A DNA stretch of 61,650 bases, counting the filler. It is 7 parts of 7 records of this genome, joined end to end, with 100 filler letters (N's around TTAATTAATTAA, not from the genome) between each part and the next. Parts side by side here need not be neighbours in the genome. Positions count along the whole stretch, not along the records: positions 1 to 14,037 come from SRR31147125_27801; 6 more parts are not named here. One strand, written 5' to 3'. This document shows positions 1 through 10,022 of the stretch, in pieces; the stretch's first letter is position 1; each line of letters begins with the position of its first letter. A model generated the notes under the pieces. That model saw only the letters and a list, made by a program, of their open reading frames with translations, did not search any database and was not told where the DNA came from. The translations under genes were made by a program, and so were the position numbers.

Positions 1-197
1 CAAGCTGCAAGCCTGTTTACACTACCATCAAAGAAATCAAGTCCCATATGGATTCTGTCAGTTCCATTTATTACATATTCTCTTGCAATAGCTTTTGTAT
101 CGTCTGTTAAATTAACTATATGGTCAGAATCCCATCTTACCCCACGTGTTACATGAAGTAAAATCTCATCTACAAACAATAGAGCAGAGCTGATTTT
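1..197 (-). pseudogene. rhaA: Internal fragment of L-rhamnose isomerase; 5' part missing, runs off the window edge
   Basis: Manual translation [65 protein letters not shown] contains the RhaA motifs LLHV.R.VRWDSDH and H.GLDFFD.S.NR; absent from the ORF track because it has no stop in the window. Confidence 0.85.
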
Positions 198-350
198 CCT
201 CCTGTGGGGACAGGTTAAAAAAGTCTCTTCGCGTATCTGCCGACGCTTCGTATCCCTTTTGGCGTTGGTGGTTTCATTCTTCAACGCCCGTTTGCAGTAG
301 CCGTTAAAGACGCAACGTATTTGCCACTGGGTACGAACAGGTTCATTCAT
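180..350 (-). pseudogene. N-terminal fragment of a Tn916 Orf7-like sigma-70 region 4 protein
   Basis: [44 protein letters not shown], then [10 protein letters not shown] in a shifted frame; preceded by SD AAAGGAGGTGA; resembles ICE Orf7-type N-termini. Confidence 0.65.
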
Positions 351-355
351 GGTAT

Positions 356-387
356 TCACCTCCTTTCGCAACCGCGAAAGCGGGTGA
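356..387 (-). promoter_or_regulatory. Hairpin sequestering the SD of the Orf7-like gene
   Basis: Minus strand TCACC-CG-CTTTCGC-GGTT-GCGAAAG-GA-GGTGA includes the SD. Confidence 0.5.
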
Positions 388-413
388 TAATTTCCCCTTT
401 CATAAACCCTCTC

Positions 414-2231
414 TTACAGTTCATTTATCGTATCAGTTATCGCCATCTTCCGAATCCGTTTTGACGGAACATAGACCGCCGCAATAGCAGCAACGAAAAC
501 GAACAGAAATATTATCATTATAGGAATAACGGGGACACTCCAAGTGGCGTAGTTAAAGTGGGAGGTAATAAGATTGTCATATAACAACTTGCTAAGTAAC
601 AAACCAGTTACACAGCCGACTATACACCCAGATAAAGCATAAGTAAATGCTTCGGCAGCAATCATTTTTGTTAGCTGGTGTTTGTCCATACCGACTGCAC
701 GCATTGCTCCATACTGCTTTATTCTTGCGGACACACTCATAGAAATACTGTTTACAATGTTAAGCATAGTAACCAAGGCAATAATTACTAAAAACCCATA
801 TACAAACACCATAAATGCTATATATGTACCTGCGGTACGTTGGTCACGTTTATCACGAAATTCGTAATTTTTATCTAACATGTTCCGAATTGCGCTTACA
901 TCTTCATCTGTTGCGCTTTTTGTTGTTTGTATAAGGATAAGTGAATAGTCGGATATACCTGTTAGGTGTGCAAAGGTTTCACCGGAAGTAATAAGTGTTA
1001 TTTTTCCATTTGTACTACCATCTTCGCTGAATGGATTGTATTTCAAAAAACCTGCGATTTCTAGTTCTTCATTGCATACCCATACTTTATCGCCTATTTC
1101 TAAAAGGCTGTTCTCGTCCCAAATTGTAAGAACATAATTGCTATTCCCATATACTTTTGAAATATCGCTTCTTCTTTTAATGTCTTTATCCTTTATAAGG
1201 CAGTCTAAATCAAAATCATCATAGGAAATAACGTCAATTGTGCTGGACATAAGATTATCATTATTTATTTCTGCTGAAACATCAAGATAGCTCTGGCGAC
1301 CAAAAACGCGTTCTACACCATTAAGTTCACTAATTGTATCAATCAGAGCACTATCTACTGAATTTGAACCATCTTTACTGGAAATGTTAATATCTGATGT
1401 ATTCGATGACTGAGGCATTACATAGCCTGCAAGGTCTATAAAAACAGAAAAACTTAAAAGAAGAATGATACTAAGCGCAAATGAGCTTGTCATAAGTATC
1501 AAGTTTTTCTTTACTGATATTGCATGGTGGGTACCAAGGACGGTTTCAATTTTAAAAAATCGGCTATTTGCTGCATGGCGAATATTTGTGTTTTCTGAAT
1601 TGCCCGATACTGCCGTTACGGGCGATACCTTAGCAGCTCGTTTTGCTGGAGAACTGGCAGCAATGAGAACTGTAACAACACCCACAATAATTCCACTGAC
1701 AATGCCGATGACGCTGATATCAAACAGAGGAATATTAGAAAACTCTTCTCCCACAAGAAAACGTAAGGCAGCACATAATCCCCATGTAATAACAATTCCA
1801 AGCATTACCCCAAAAGGAATTGCAGTTTTACACCAGTTAAGAGCTTCCAACCTCACAAAACGTATAATCTGTTGTCTGCTCATTCCAATACAGCGCATCA
1901 TCCCAAAAAAACTTGTACGCTGGGCAACATTGCTATTTATACTGCTGGAAATCATTAGTACTCCTGCAATCAGTATTAGAATAAACAAAATTACTGCAGT
2001 AAAAAATAATGTCTGGAAAGCTGTACTGCTACTTAATCCTTGAATTGCTAGACTGCCGTGCTTATTAAGTAGTCTTGTTTCTTCCATTCTAACGCCCATC
2101 TCTGCCATGCTGAAAATAGCAGTTACCAAAAATACGGCAAAAATGATACACAGAAGAGTCATACGGTTTTGTCGTCTATGTACTTTTGCAGATATCGGAA
2201 TTAGGCTAAGATAGCTTTTCATTCGCGGCAC
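414..2231 (-). CDS. FtsX-like ABC transporter permease (antimicrobial-peptide exporter type)
   Basis: Two FtsX C-terminal segments (FGMMRCIGMSRQQI, YGAMRAVGMDKHQL); overlaps the ATPase gene. Confidence 0.9.
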   Translation of the reverse strand: MPRMKSYLSLIPISAKVHRRQNRMTLLCIIFAVFLVTAIFSMAEMGVRMEETRLLNKHGSLAIQGLSSSTAFQTLFFTAVILFILILIAGVLMISSSINSNVAQRTSFFGMMRCIGMSRQQIIRFVRLEALNWCKTAIPFGVMLGIVITWGLCAALRFLVGEEFSNIPLFDISVIGIVSGIIVGVVTVLIAASSPAKRAAKVSPVTAVSGNSENTNIRHAANSRFFKIETVLGTHHAISVKKNLILMTSSFALSIILLLSFSVFIDLAGYVMPQSSNTSDINISSKDGSNSVDSALIDTISELNGVERVFGRQSYLDVSAEINNDNLMSSTIDVISYDDFDLDCLIKDKDIKRRSDISKVYGNSNYVLTIWDENSLLEIGDKVWVCNEELEIAGFLKYNPFSEDGSTNGKITLITSGETFAHLTGISDYSLILIQTTKSATDEDVSAIRNMLDKNYEFRDKRDQRTAGTYIAFMVFVYGFLVIIALVTMLNIVNSISMSVSARIKQYGAMRAVGMDKHQLTKMIAAEAFTYALSGCIVGCVTGLLLSKLLYDNLITSHFNYATWSVPVIPIMIIFLFVFVAAIAAVYVPSKRIRKMAITDTINEL

Positions 2232-2902
2232 CTCCCTAAATCGGTCAGTATGCCATCGGACACTTGCAGTATCCGGTCTGCGGTCTGTGCGATACTTCGG
2301 CTATGGGTAATCATAATAATGGTCTGCTGATACTTTCTTGCAGCTTCTTTTAACAAAGTAATCACTTCACTGCTGTTTTGTGTGTCCAAATTACCTGTCG
2401 GCTCGTCGGCAAGGATAAGAGACGGTCTCGTAATAAGCGCACGTCCTATGGCTACACGCTGCTGCTGTCCACCTGATAATTGACTGGGTAAATGGTGACG
2501 GCGTTCTTTCAAATTAAGCACCGTAAGTAGTTCCTCAAGATACTTTTTATCGGGTTTTTGATAATCAAGCAGTACTGGAAATATAATGTTTTGTTCAACA
2601 TTCAATTCTGGAATCAGATTAAAACTCTGAAAAATAAATCCAATATTTCTGCGCCGAAAAATTGTCAAGCTACTATCTTTCATAGAAAAAATATCTTTAC
2701 CGTCGATAAACACCTTGCCGGAAGTGGGCGCATCAAGCGCACCTACCATATTTAGGAGGGTACTCTTGCCGGAACCGGATTCTCCGACTATTGCGACAAA
2801 TTCACCTTTCGGAACGGAAAAGCTGATATCTTTTAATGCATGTACGGTAGCTTCACCGCTGCCATAGGTTTTAGAAATTGATTTAACTTCCAATAAATTC
2901 AT
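2219..2902 (-). CDS. ABC transporter ATP-binding protein (LolD/MacB type)
   Basis: [29 protein letters not shown]. Confidence 0.95.
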   Translation of the reverse strand: MNLLEVKSISKTYGSGEATVHALKDISFSVPKGEFVAIVGESGSGKSTLLNMVGALDAPTSGKVFIDGKDIFSMKDSSLTIFRRRNIGFIFQSFNLIPELNVEQNIIFPVLLDYQKPDKKYLEELLTVLNLKERRHHLPSQLSGGQQQRVAIGRALITRPSLILADEPTGNLDTQNSSEVITLLKEAARKYQQTIIMITHSRSIAQTADRILQVSDGILTDLGRCRE

Positions 2903-2970
2903 AGGTTATCCTCTTTCTTTCTTGATATTGAAAGATTATTATGTCAATCTTACTGTTATATGACACTCGC

Positions 2971-2986
2971 CCTACAATTTTGTAGG
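2971..2986. promoter_or_regulatory. Candidate response-regulator operator upstream of the ABC genes
   Basis: Palindrome CCTACAA-TT-TTGTAGG at the kinase 3' end, similar to BceR/GraR-type ACA-N4-TGT boxes. Confidence 0.5.
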
Positions 2987-4036
2987 AATTAAAAAATTGA
3001 TTGTAAAAGTAGTACCAATCTCCAATTCGCTCTCAACCTCGATTGTCCCGCTGTGTGCTTCAACAATAGCTTTCGCAAGCGGTAACCCAAGTCCAATACC
3101 TTGCGTGTCTTTAGAAAAACGACTGCGATAAAATCTTTTGAAAATATGGTGTAAATCCTCTGGGTGAATACCTCCTCCGTTGTCCTTTATAATGACTTGA
3201 ATAACAGACGCAAGTTGATTCCATTCAATATGAATAGTATTTCTTTTTTGCGTATGGTCAAAAGCGTTTTTAACAATATTGTTGATTGCTTCAACAAACC
3301 AATTACGGTCACACACTAAGGTGACGGTATCATCACCAGACAGATATATTTCCTTGTCCTCCTGCTTGGCACGAAATGAAAAGTGATTTTCTATACTGTC
3401 CATCATTTCAGATATATTTTCTACAGCTTTCTCAACCATAATTGTTCCGGCATCGAGTTTTGCGATTTTTAGGAGATTTTGCACAAGTGTTTCTATTCTG
3501 CCAAGCTCCCGTTCTGAAAGATCAGTAAACTTCTTGATTGTTGGTAAACTCTTTGCTTCTTCCTGCATGATACCGTTATAAATATTAAGGGCAGCAAGCG
3601 GGGTTTTTAACTGGTGAGAAATATCGGATATGGTATTTTTCAAAAACTTTTTTGCATTCCCCTCATTTTCGGCATGAGCATTCAAAATGGAAACTAAGGA
3701 ATTTACTTCATGAAATAACCTGTATAGCTCGCCTTCATCATCACATTCAATACGTGCATTTTGATTTCCGGAAACATATTCTTTGATTTGCGTTACCGCG
3801 TTTTCCATGATTATATTTTGTTCCTTGAAATACCTATAACCTATTAAGAATATCAAGATACTCATGCACAAGGAACATACCAATATACACCATGCTGCAT
3901 TTTCAAATTTCAAACCTATGAAAGAAGCAGAAGTCAAGGTAAATGCTAGTATAATCAGCGATACCAAACGAAAAAGTTTTTTGATTTTCCTGTTTACCAG
4001 TATTTTCATTGTACACCTCAATCCACAGTATTCCAT
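2972..4036 (-). CDS. Sensor histidine kinase (intramembrane-sensing type)
   Basis: Two close TM helices, DISHQLKTPL H-box, N/G1/F/G2 boxes. Confidence 0.93.
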   Translation of the reverse strand: MEYCGLRCTMKILVNRKIKKLFRLVSLIILAFTLTSASFIGLKFENAAWCILVCSLCMSILIFLIGYRYFKEQNIIMENAVTQIKEYVSGNQNARIECDDEGELYRLFHEVNSLVSILNAHAENEGNAKKFLKNTISDISHQLKTPLAALNIYNGIMQEEAKSLPTIKKFTDLSERELGRIETLVQNLLKIAKLDAGTIMVEKAVENISEMMDSIENHFSFRAKQEDKEIYLSGDDTVTLVCDRNWFVEAINNIVKNAFDHTQKRNTIHIEWNQLASVIQVIIKDNGGGIHPEDLHHIFKRFYRSRFSKDTQGIGLGLPLAKAIVEAHSGTIEVESELEIGTTFTINFLIPTKL

Positions 4037-4704
4037 TTATAGCCCATGCGCCGAACCGTCACTATTTTTTGGGGCTCGCTTGGATTATCTTCGATTTTTG
4101 TACGTAATCTGCGTATATACACCGTAAGGGTGTTGTTATCTATATAGTTTTCATCACAATCCCATAGTTTGCTTAAAATCTGTTCCGACGAAAGGACAAT
4201 ATCTGGATTTTCCATAAACAGGCACAACAGTTTATACTCACTTGCTGTTAAGTCAAGCTGTTCTTCATTTTTATAGACTTCTCTTTTTAACTGTTGTACT
4301 TTTATACCATTAGAATTTAGTTCGGTATCTGCTTGATTAAAATTGTCACTTCTGCGAAGCAAAGCATTTATTCTCGACATAAATACTGCCAGTTTGAATG
4401 GCTTTGTTATATAATCGTCACCGCCGATATCAAGTCCCATTATGATATCCATTTCCTCATCAGCAGCAGTAAGAAACATAATCGGTATCTTTGATGTTTT
4501 ACGGATTTTTTTGCATATATCATAGCCAGAACCATCAGGAAGCGACACGTCCAAAATCACCAAATCATATTTCCCATTTGTCCATAGTGCTTCTGCTTCA
4601 AGACTTGTACGGGCAACAGCTATTTCATATCCTTGCTTTTTGATAGCAAAAGATAAACCGTTAATTAAACCCAAATCATCTTCAACAAAGAAAATATGTT
4701 TCAT
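4018..4704 (-). CDS. OmpR-family response regulator
   Basis: Receiver domain (VEDD, LDVSLPDG, KPF) plus winged helix (TVRRMGY). Confidence 0.95.
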   Translation of the reverse strand: MKHIFFVEDDLGLINGLSFAIKKQGYEIAVARTSLEAEALWTNGKYDLVILDVSLPDGSGYDICKKIRKTSKIPIMFLTAADEEMDIIMGLDIGGDDYITKPFKLAVFMSRINALLRRSDNFNQADTELNSNGIKVQQLKREVYKNEEQLDLTASEYKLLCLFMENPDIVLSSEQILSKLWDCDENYIDNNTLTVYIRRLRTKIEDNPSEPQKIVTVRRMGYKWNTVD

Positions 4705-4895
4705 TTGTTTTCACCGTCCTTCATTTTTCTGCGTGTATGTCGTCCGTCAATCGGTTTTTCCGCGTCCTTTGGTATCAGCCACATATAACCGAGTTTTGAA
4801 ACGCCCGGTATGCGGTTTTCCTCGCAAAGTTTTTGTACGCGCCGTTCTGAAACGCCCCATTTTTTCGCGGCTTCGGGAGCTGAAATATATTCCAT
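4701..4895 (-). CDS. Small excisionase-like HTH DNA-binding protein
   Basis: EAAKKWGVSERRVQKLCEENRIPG...WLIP; SD upstream; stop overlaps the regulator start. Confidence 0.8.
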   Translation of the reverse strand: MEYISAPEAAKKWGVSERRVQKLCEENRIPGVSKLGYMWLIPKDAEKPIDGRHTRRKMKDGENK

Positions 4896-4935
4896 AACTT
4901 GACCGTCCTTTCGTTTGCAAACAATATCACCTTAT

Positions 4936-4964
4936 ATTATGTACGGACAGCCGAATAATATCAA
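4936..4964 (-). promoter_or_regulatory. Sigma70-type promoter of the HTH-TCS operon
   Basis: TTGATA-17nt-CATAAT; spacer contains imperfect palindrome TTCGG-N4-CCGTA. Confidence 0.5.
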
Positions 4965-5033
4965 TATAAATATGGTTTATTCTTATTAAATGATATGTGT
5001 AATCATATCTAATGCAGAGAGGCGAACAGTAAA

Positions 5034-5375
5034 ATGGGGACTGTAAAAAGTATATCTGGTTCTATCTATCTTAATCAAGATAGAGAAAAAGATATCTCAA
5101 GAGGATTCGTTAAAAAGTTTATAATCAAGACCCCTTCAATAGAGGAACGTATATTGAATTTGAGTCAGGGAAATCAACAAAAAGTTCATTTATCAAAATG
5201 GATTCACGCTAACAGCCGGATTTTTATTTTAGATGAGTCAACTAATGGAATCGATGTTGGAACTCGTGTAGATATATATAACTGTATGAATAATTTTGTT
5301 TTGCATGGCAATTATAATACTTGTATTAATACAGCGGAATATAATTATGCAACATTTACCTTAAATTCACCATAA
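5034..5375 (+). pseudogene. C-terminal fragment of a sugar ABC transporter ATPase (RbsA/MglA type)
   Basis: IKTPS...NLSQGNQQKV...ILDESTNGIDVG; no Walker A, truncated. Confidence 0.75.
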
Positions 5376-5445
5376 ACAATTGATAAATAAAAGATATTCT
5401 AATATAATATAAAAATTGCATAGCAAAAAAAGTGAGGTTAATTAA

Positions 5446-7029
5446 ATGAAAAATGTTCAGGTATCACCTGGTGATAAAAAGAATGGTACTCTGTATACTG
5501 TACTTACCTTTATCATATTATTTATTACACTTAGCGCTTTTGCTTTTCTTTTATTTAGTTATTTGGAAAGAAGCATTTCGGATATTAAGCGCGTAGAATT
5601 AGAGAAAAAACTTACTAACACAGTTAATATCGAGTCGAATTTACTAGCAAATGAGTTCGATTCGGTTTTATCTGATTTGAATTTTTTAAGAAGAAGCTAC
5701 AGTGAAAAACTAGTGGATGAGCAGCTACTAGAAGATATTAAAGATGACTGGCGAATCTTCTCGGATAGTAGGATGATTTATGACCAAGTACGATTTATTG
5801 ACGTAAGCGGAAATGAGATTGTTCGAATCAACTATTCGGATGGCAATGCATATATTGTTGCTGAAGCTGATCTTCAAAATAAAAAGGATAGATATTATTT
5901 TTACGATGCTATTAATTTAAATGAAGGACAAGTATTTATATCAAAGCTTGATTTAAATATTGAAAACGGCGAAATTGAACAACCAATTAAGCCAATGATT
6001 AGATTCTGTGCACCGGTATTCCATGACTCTGAATTATTAGGTGTTATTGTCCTTAATTATCTTGCGGAAGCAATATTAAACGAATTTGAACATATTGCCA
6101 ATGTCACTGATGGAGAAATGTACCTATTAAATTCAAGTAGTTATTATTTGTCAAGTAACGATGATAATAAACTTTGGGCATTTATGTATGATGATAAAAA
6201 CGATATCAACTTCAAATCAGATTACGCCAATGAATGGAACAATATAATTGATGACGAAAATCTACTATATAGTCAAAATGGACTTTTTGTAGTATCAAGA
6301 ATTGCTCTTGAGGAAAAATGTAGTAACAATGAGAGCATTACAAGCGAAAATAGTATTGTTTTGGATGATGGTTCGTGGATAGTTGTTTCCCATATACTAC
6401 AAAGCGCATTAGATGAAAATGTAATTGCATCAAGCAATTCTCACTTATTTAAAAATATTTTGAAAAAGTATTATATATACTTTATATTTATCTTTATACT
6501 ATCTTTATTCGTGGCGTTTATTAGAAACATTACAAGAATGGCAAAAGAAAGAATTAAGTTTCACTCGGAGTATGATGGTTTAACAAAAGTATTGAACCGC
6601 AGAGCTGGATTAGAAAAGTTGGAATCAATTCTTCCTTCTAACTCTAGGAGGAGAACCCGAACTTGTATTAGTTTTATAGATATCAACGGATTAAAAGAAG
6701 TTAACGATAAACTTGGACATGATAAAGGTGATGAGCTGATCATCACTGTTTCAGACGTAATTAGCGATTCGATTCGTGATGAGGATTTTCTTATTCGCAT
6801 GGGCGGAGACGAATTTTTAATTGTTTTAGATAACGCTAATATAACTGAAGCAGAATCCGTTTGGGAAAGAATAGTTTTAACATTTGAAGACATCAATACA
6901 AAAGAGGATCGACCATATATTATCAGCGTAAGCCATGGTTTAGTCGATTTAGATGAAGGAAAAGATAAAGACATTGATGCTCTAATTAAACTAGCCGATG
7001 AGAAAATGTACAGTGAAAAAGAAGAATAA
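5446..7029 (+). CDS. Cache-sensor diguanylate cyclase
   Basis: TM, extracellular Cache-like region (QNKKDRYYF, KPMIRF), TM, then RMGGDEF. Confidence 0.9.
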   Translation: MKNVQVSPGDKKNGTLYTVLTFIILFITLSAFAFLLFSYLERSISDIKRVELEKKLTNTVNIESNLLANEFDSVLSDLNFLRRSYSEKLVDEQLLEDIKDDWRIFSDSRMIYDQVRFIDVSGNEIVRINYSDGNAYIVAEADLQNKKDRYYFYDAINLNEGQVFISKLDLNIENGEIEQPIKPMIRFCAPVFHDSELLGVIVLNYLAEAILNEFEHIANVTDGEMYLLNSSSYYLSSNDDNKLWAFMYDDKNDINFKSDYANEWNNIIDDENLLYSQNGLFVVSRIALEEKCSNNESITSENSIVLDDGSWIVVSHILQSALDENVIASSNSHLFKNILKKYYIYFIFIFILSLFVAFIRNITRMAKERIKFHSEYDGLTKVLNRRAGLEKLESILPSNSRRRTRTCISFIDINGLKEVNDKLGHDKGDELIITVSDVISDSIRDEDFLIRMGGDEFLIVLDNANITEAESVWERIVLTFEDINTKEDRPYIISVSHGLVDLDEGKDKDIDALIKLADEKMYSEKEE

Positions 7030-7129
7030 AAGTGGATTTAAGAGTAATAAAGCGTTAACCATTTAAATATTGTTATTGAAATATAAAAAAATTAATTCTA
7101 TATACGACAGTCGTTAAATTGATATGATC

Positions 7130-7161
7130 AAAGCATATTCCGATTGGAATGTGCTTTTTTT
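7130..7161 (+). terminator. Intrinsic terminator
   Basis: AAAGCATATTC-loop-GAATGTGCTTTTTT between convergent genes. Confidence 0.65.
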
Positions 7162-7246
7162 AAGCTAAACATCACCTTTGTTATATACTCTAATATTTAG
7201 AAGAGATAATTCACCTGCATTTATAATAAGCTATTTACATATGTAT

Positions 7247-8383
7247 TTAAATCTTATTATTCTTTTGCGTATACATTCTTTCATCAGCTATAGATAATAT
7301 TTCTTCAACATTCAAGAGTTGCTCGCCTTGAAAAAGTCCAGACCCTAAGCTAAAACTAATTTCATACTCAGATTCACTAGCAAAATTATAGTCTCTTAGG
7401 TTATTATTTAGCTTATTAATGATGCTACTTATTTTTTTCCTGCGTACAATTACTAATAACAATTGCAAACTCGTCCCCTCCATAGCGAGAAATAAAACCT
7501 TCGCCATCTAGGCTATTCGTTATAATAGTTGCACAATTCTTTAAATCATTGTCACCTTCTATATGTCCAAAAGTATCAATAATCTTTTTAAAAAAATCTA
7601 TATCCATTTTTTTATTCCTAATTTACAATTTTTATCATAGCATTCTAATGTAGATTTATGTAAGTAAGAATCCAACTCTGCCCTATTATTCAACCCAGTT
7701 AAATGATCAAAAGAACTTTTTATAATAGGATTATTGATTCCGACTCCATTAAATACTATTGCTAAAGCTGGCCACAAAAACAACATAGGAAAATGAATAA
7801 AATTTTGAAGAAGACCAAGAAAAATTGCTAAACCCGGTACTAATATTAACGTTGAAAAATCACCTTTATTAAGGCTTTTCATCTTTACCATCATATATAC
7901 AAACGAAGCAATAATATAGCCAAACCCAAAAATAGTTGTTAGATGAAAGAAGGCTCTCCTATAATACTTATTAGCGTCATTGTACCAAAAAATAGTATTC
8001 TGTCTTATTGTTAGTACCATAAATAAAACAAACAAAACAAATGGTATGGGGATAATATATTTAAGCATTATGCTTTCTAGTTTATCTAAACGCCTCACAC
8101 GGATTATACAATAGTATAACCAGCTTAAGCATAAAAAAATACACGCAATAAAAAATATAGACTTAGATACTACCGATATACTCCTGACAAGATTCCCACT
8201 AATTCTGGTTATCGAAGTAAAAATCAAATCAGTTAGCAATATAACAATATTAGAGATCACTATAATAATAAATGTTTTATCACTAATAGTCCCAAACTTA
8301 GAATCAACTCTGAAAAAATAAAGCAAGTAGCATAGTATTGCTATACCGAATACATTTATATCTAAAACCATATATTGATACAT
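7247..8383 (-). CDS. Membrane-bound diguanylate cyclase split by two frameshifts
   Basis: Multi-TM ORF 7598-8383 (DHLTGLNNR), 7425-7607 (SRYGGDEF), 7247-7507 (SLG...ADERMY). Confidence 0.75.
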
Positions 8384-8579
8384 TAAATATTCATCCTTAG
8401 TATCTAAACACTATGATTATATTAAAAAAACTTTGTCTTGTAACTGATAAGTTTATTTAAAATCTGTTTACGCATATATATTTCATTCTTTTTTAAGCAA
8501 AACAAAAACCAACACAATTCAAACACGGTAAAATGTTTAAACTACGTTGGTAATATAACCTACTATCTGTCTATATTAT

Positions 8580-9965
8580 TTATAGCAGTCTATCTAACCC
8601 TTCAACATCATATTCTATACCCGCTTTTTTATCCTTAAGTGCCTTTTGTAATTTCTGGTATTTGGTTTTTGTCACAGGATATAGTATCATAAATAAAACA
8701 GCCAAGCTCATAACTATCGGACAGAAAACAGTTATAATGCTTTCAATCCCCATCACTGCTGATGGACTTTGTACACTCAACTTTGAATTATATCCTGATA
8801 ATGAAAGTACTAGCCCAAGAGTCTGCATGCCTATTGCCGCACCAAATTTTTGCAAAAGCTGAGGCAAAGACGTAATTGCCCCCACTCTTTTCTTCCCATT
8901 CACCATTTCATCAATCTCGGCAATATCGTATGTAAACGAATAAAACGTTGTCCAAAAAACCGCAAGACCTATTGAGTAAAAAAGCAACATTATAACAAGC
9001 GAGTATACATTTGTTATTCCAATAAACCTAAATACAAACATGCCAATCGTTGCTATGCTCAGCATAAGAATAACTGCAAACTTTCTGTCTTTAATAGTTG
9101 AAAGCTTTGTCGTAATCGGTACAAATATTATCATCCCTCCAACTATCGCTCCAAGCGCAACAGACATATAAACATCCGGATCAACCTGCATTCTGTATTT
9201 TAGCAAATACATCAAGTCTGCTTGCGCCAGAGATGACTGCACCATAAAAAGAACAACAAATATCAGCAAAAATTTAAATGGTTTTATAGACACCACTTGC
9301 CTATATGTTTTTATTATATTCTCATCACCAACTGTATTTGGTTTATATAACTTCAACCGCTTAGTGGAATTGTAAGCAATATATCCAAAAACAACAGCAA
9401 TTACCCCAACCACTACAGCAGACATTGTCCAACCTTGCGAAGTTAAAATACCCATATCCTCAAACACCCCAACCAAAACAACTGGCGCCGCACTTCCAAC
9501 AAAAATTGCAAATGCATTGATAAAACTGCTCGTACCCCTTATCTTTGTACGTTCGTCATAGTCAGAGGTTATTTCGGCACATAATGCATAATATGGTATT
9601 GTATAAATTGTGTACGCTACCCAAAATAAAACTGCGATTATAATATAATAAAAAATGGATGCAGCAGGCGAGAAATCGAATTTAGCAAAAGCGAAAATAA
9701 AAAGAACAGACATAGGAATAACTGCAAATTTCATCATCTTTCTTTTGTCCCTATCTTTACTGTCAGCAATATGACCAATCATCGGGTCAGTAATACCATC
9801 AACTATTATCGAAATCATACTGATCGTTCCTGCAATTGCAGGATTAATACCTGCGATATCCGTTAAAAAAATCAAAAAATATGTATAGAACATATTATAT
9901 AAAACGGATTCAGAAACAATCCCTGATGCATACCCTATGGTTCTTTTCTTCGATAAACTCCTCAT
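8580..9965 (-). CDS. MFS transporter, GPH/MelB-like sugar:cation symporter
   Basis: DGITDPMIGHIAD, PYYALCAEITSDYDERT, about 12 TM. Confidence 0.9.
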   Translation of the reverse strand: MRSLSKKRTIGYASGIVSESVLYNMFYTYFLIFLTDIAGINPAIAGTISMISIIVDGITDPMIGHIADSKDRDKRKMMKFAVIPMSVLFIFAFAKFDFSPAASIFYYIIIAVLFWVAYTIYTIPYYALCAEITSDYDERTKIRGTSSFINAFAIFVGSAAPVVLVGVFEDMGILTSQGWTMSAVVVGVIAVVFGYIAYNSTKRLKLYKPNTVGDENIIKTYRQVVSIKPFKFLLIFVVLFMVQSSLAQADLMYLLKYRMQVDPDVYMSVALGAIVGGMIIFVPITTKLSTIKDRKFAVILMLSIATIGMFVFRFIGITNVYSLVIMLLFYSIGLAVFWTTFYSFTYDIAEIDEMVNGKKRVGAITSLPQLLQKFGAAIGMQTLGLVLSLSGYNSKLSVQSPSAVMGIESIITVFCPIVMSLAVLFMILYPVTKTKYQKLQKALKDKKAGIEYDVEGLDRLL

Positions 9966-10022
9966 GTGCCCCTCCTAGATATATTCAATTATAGCAGGTA
10001 ATATAGGTCAATTAAAGCAATT

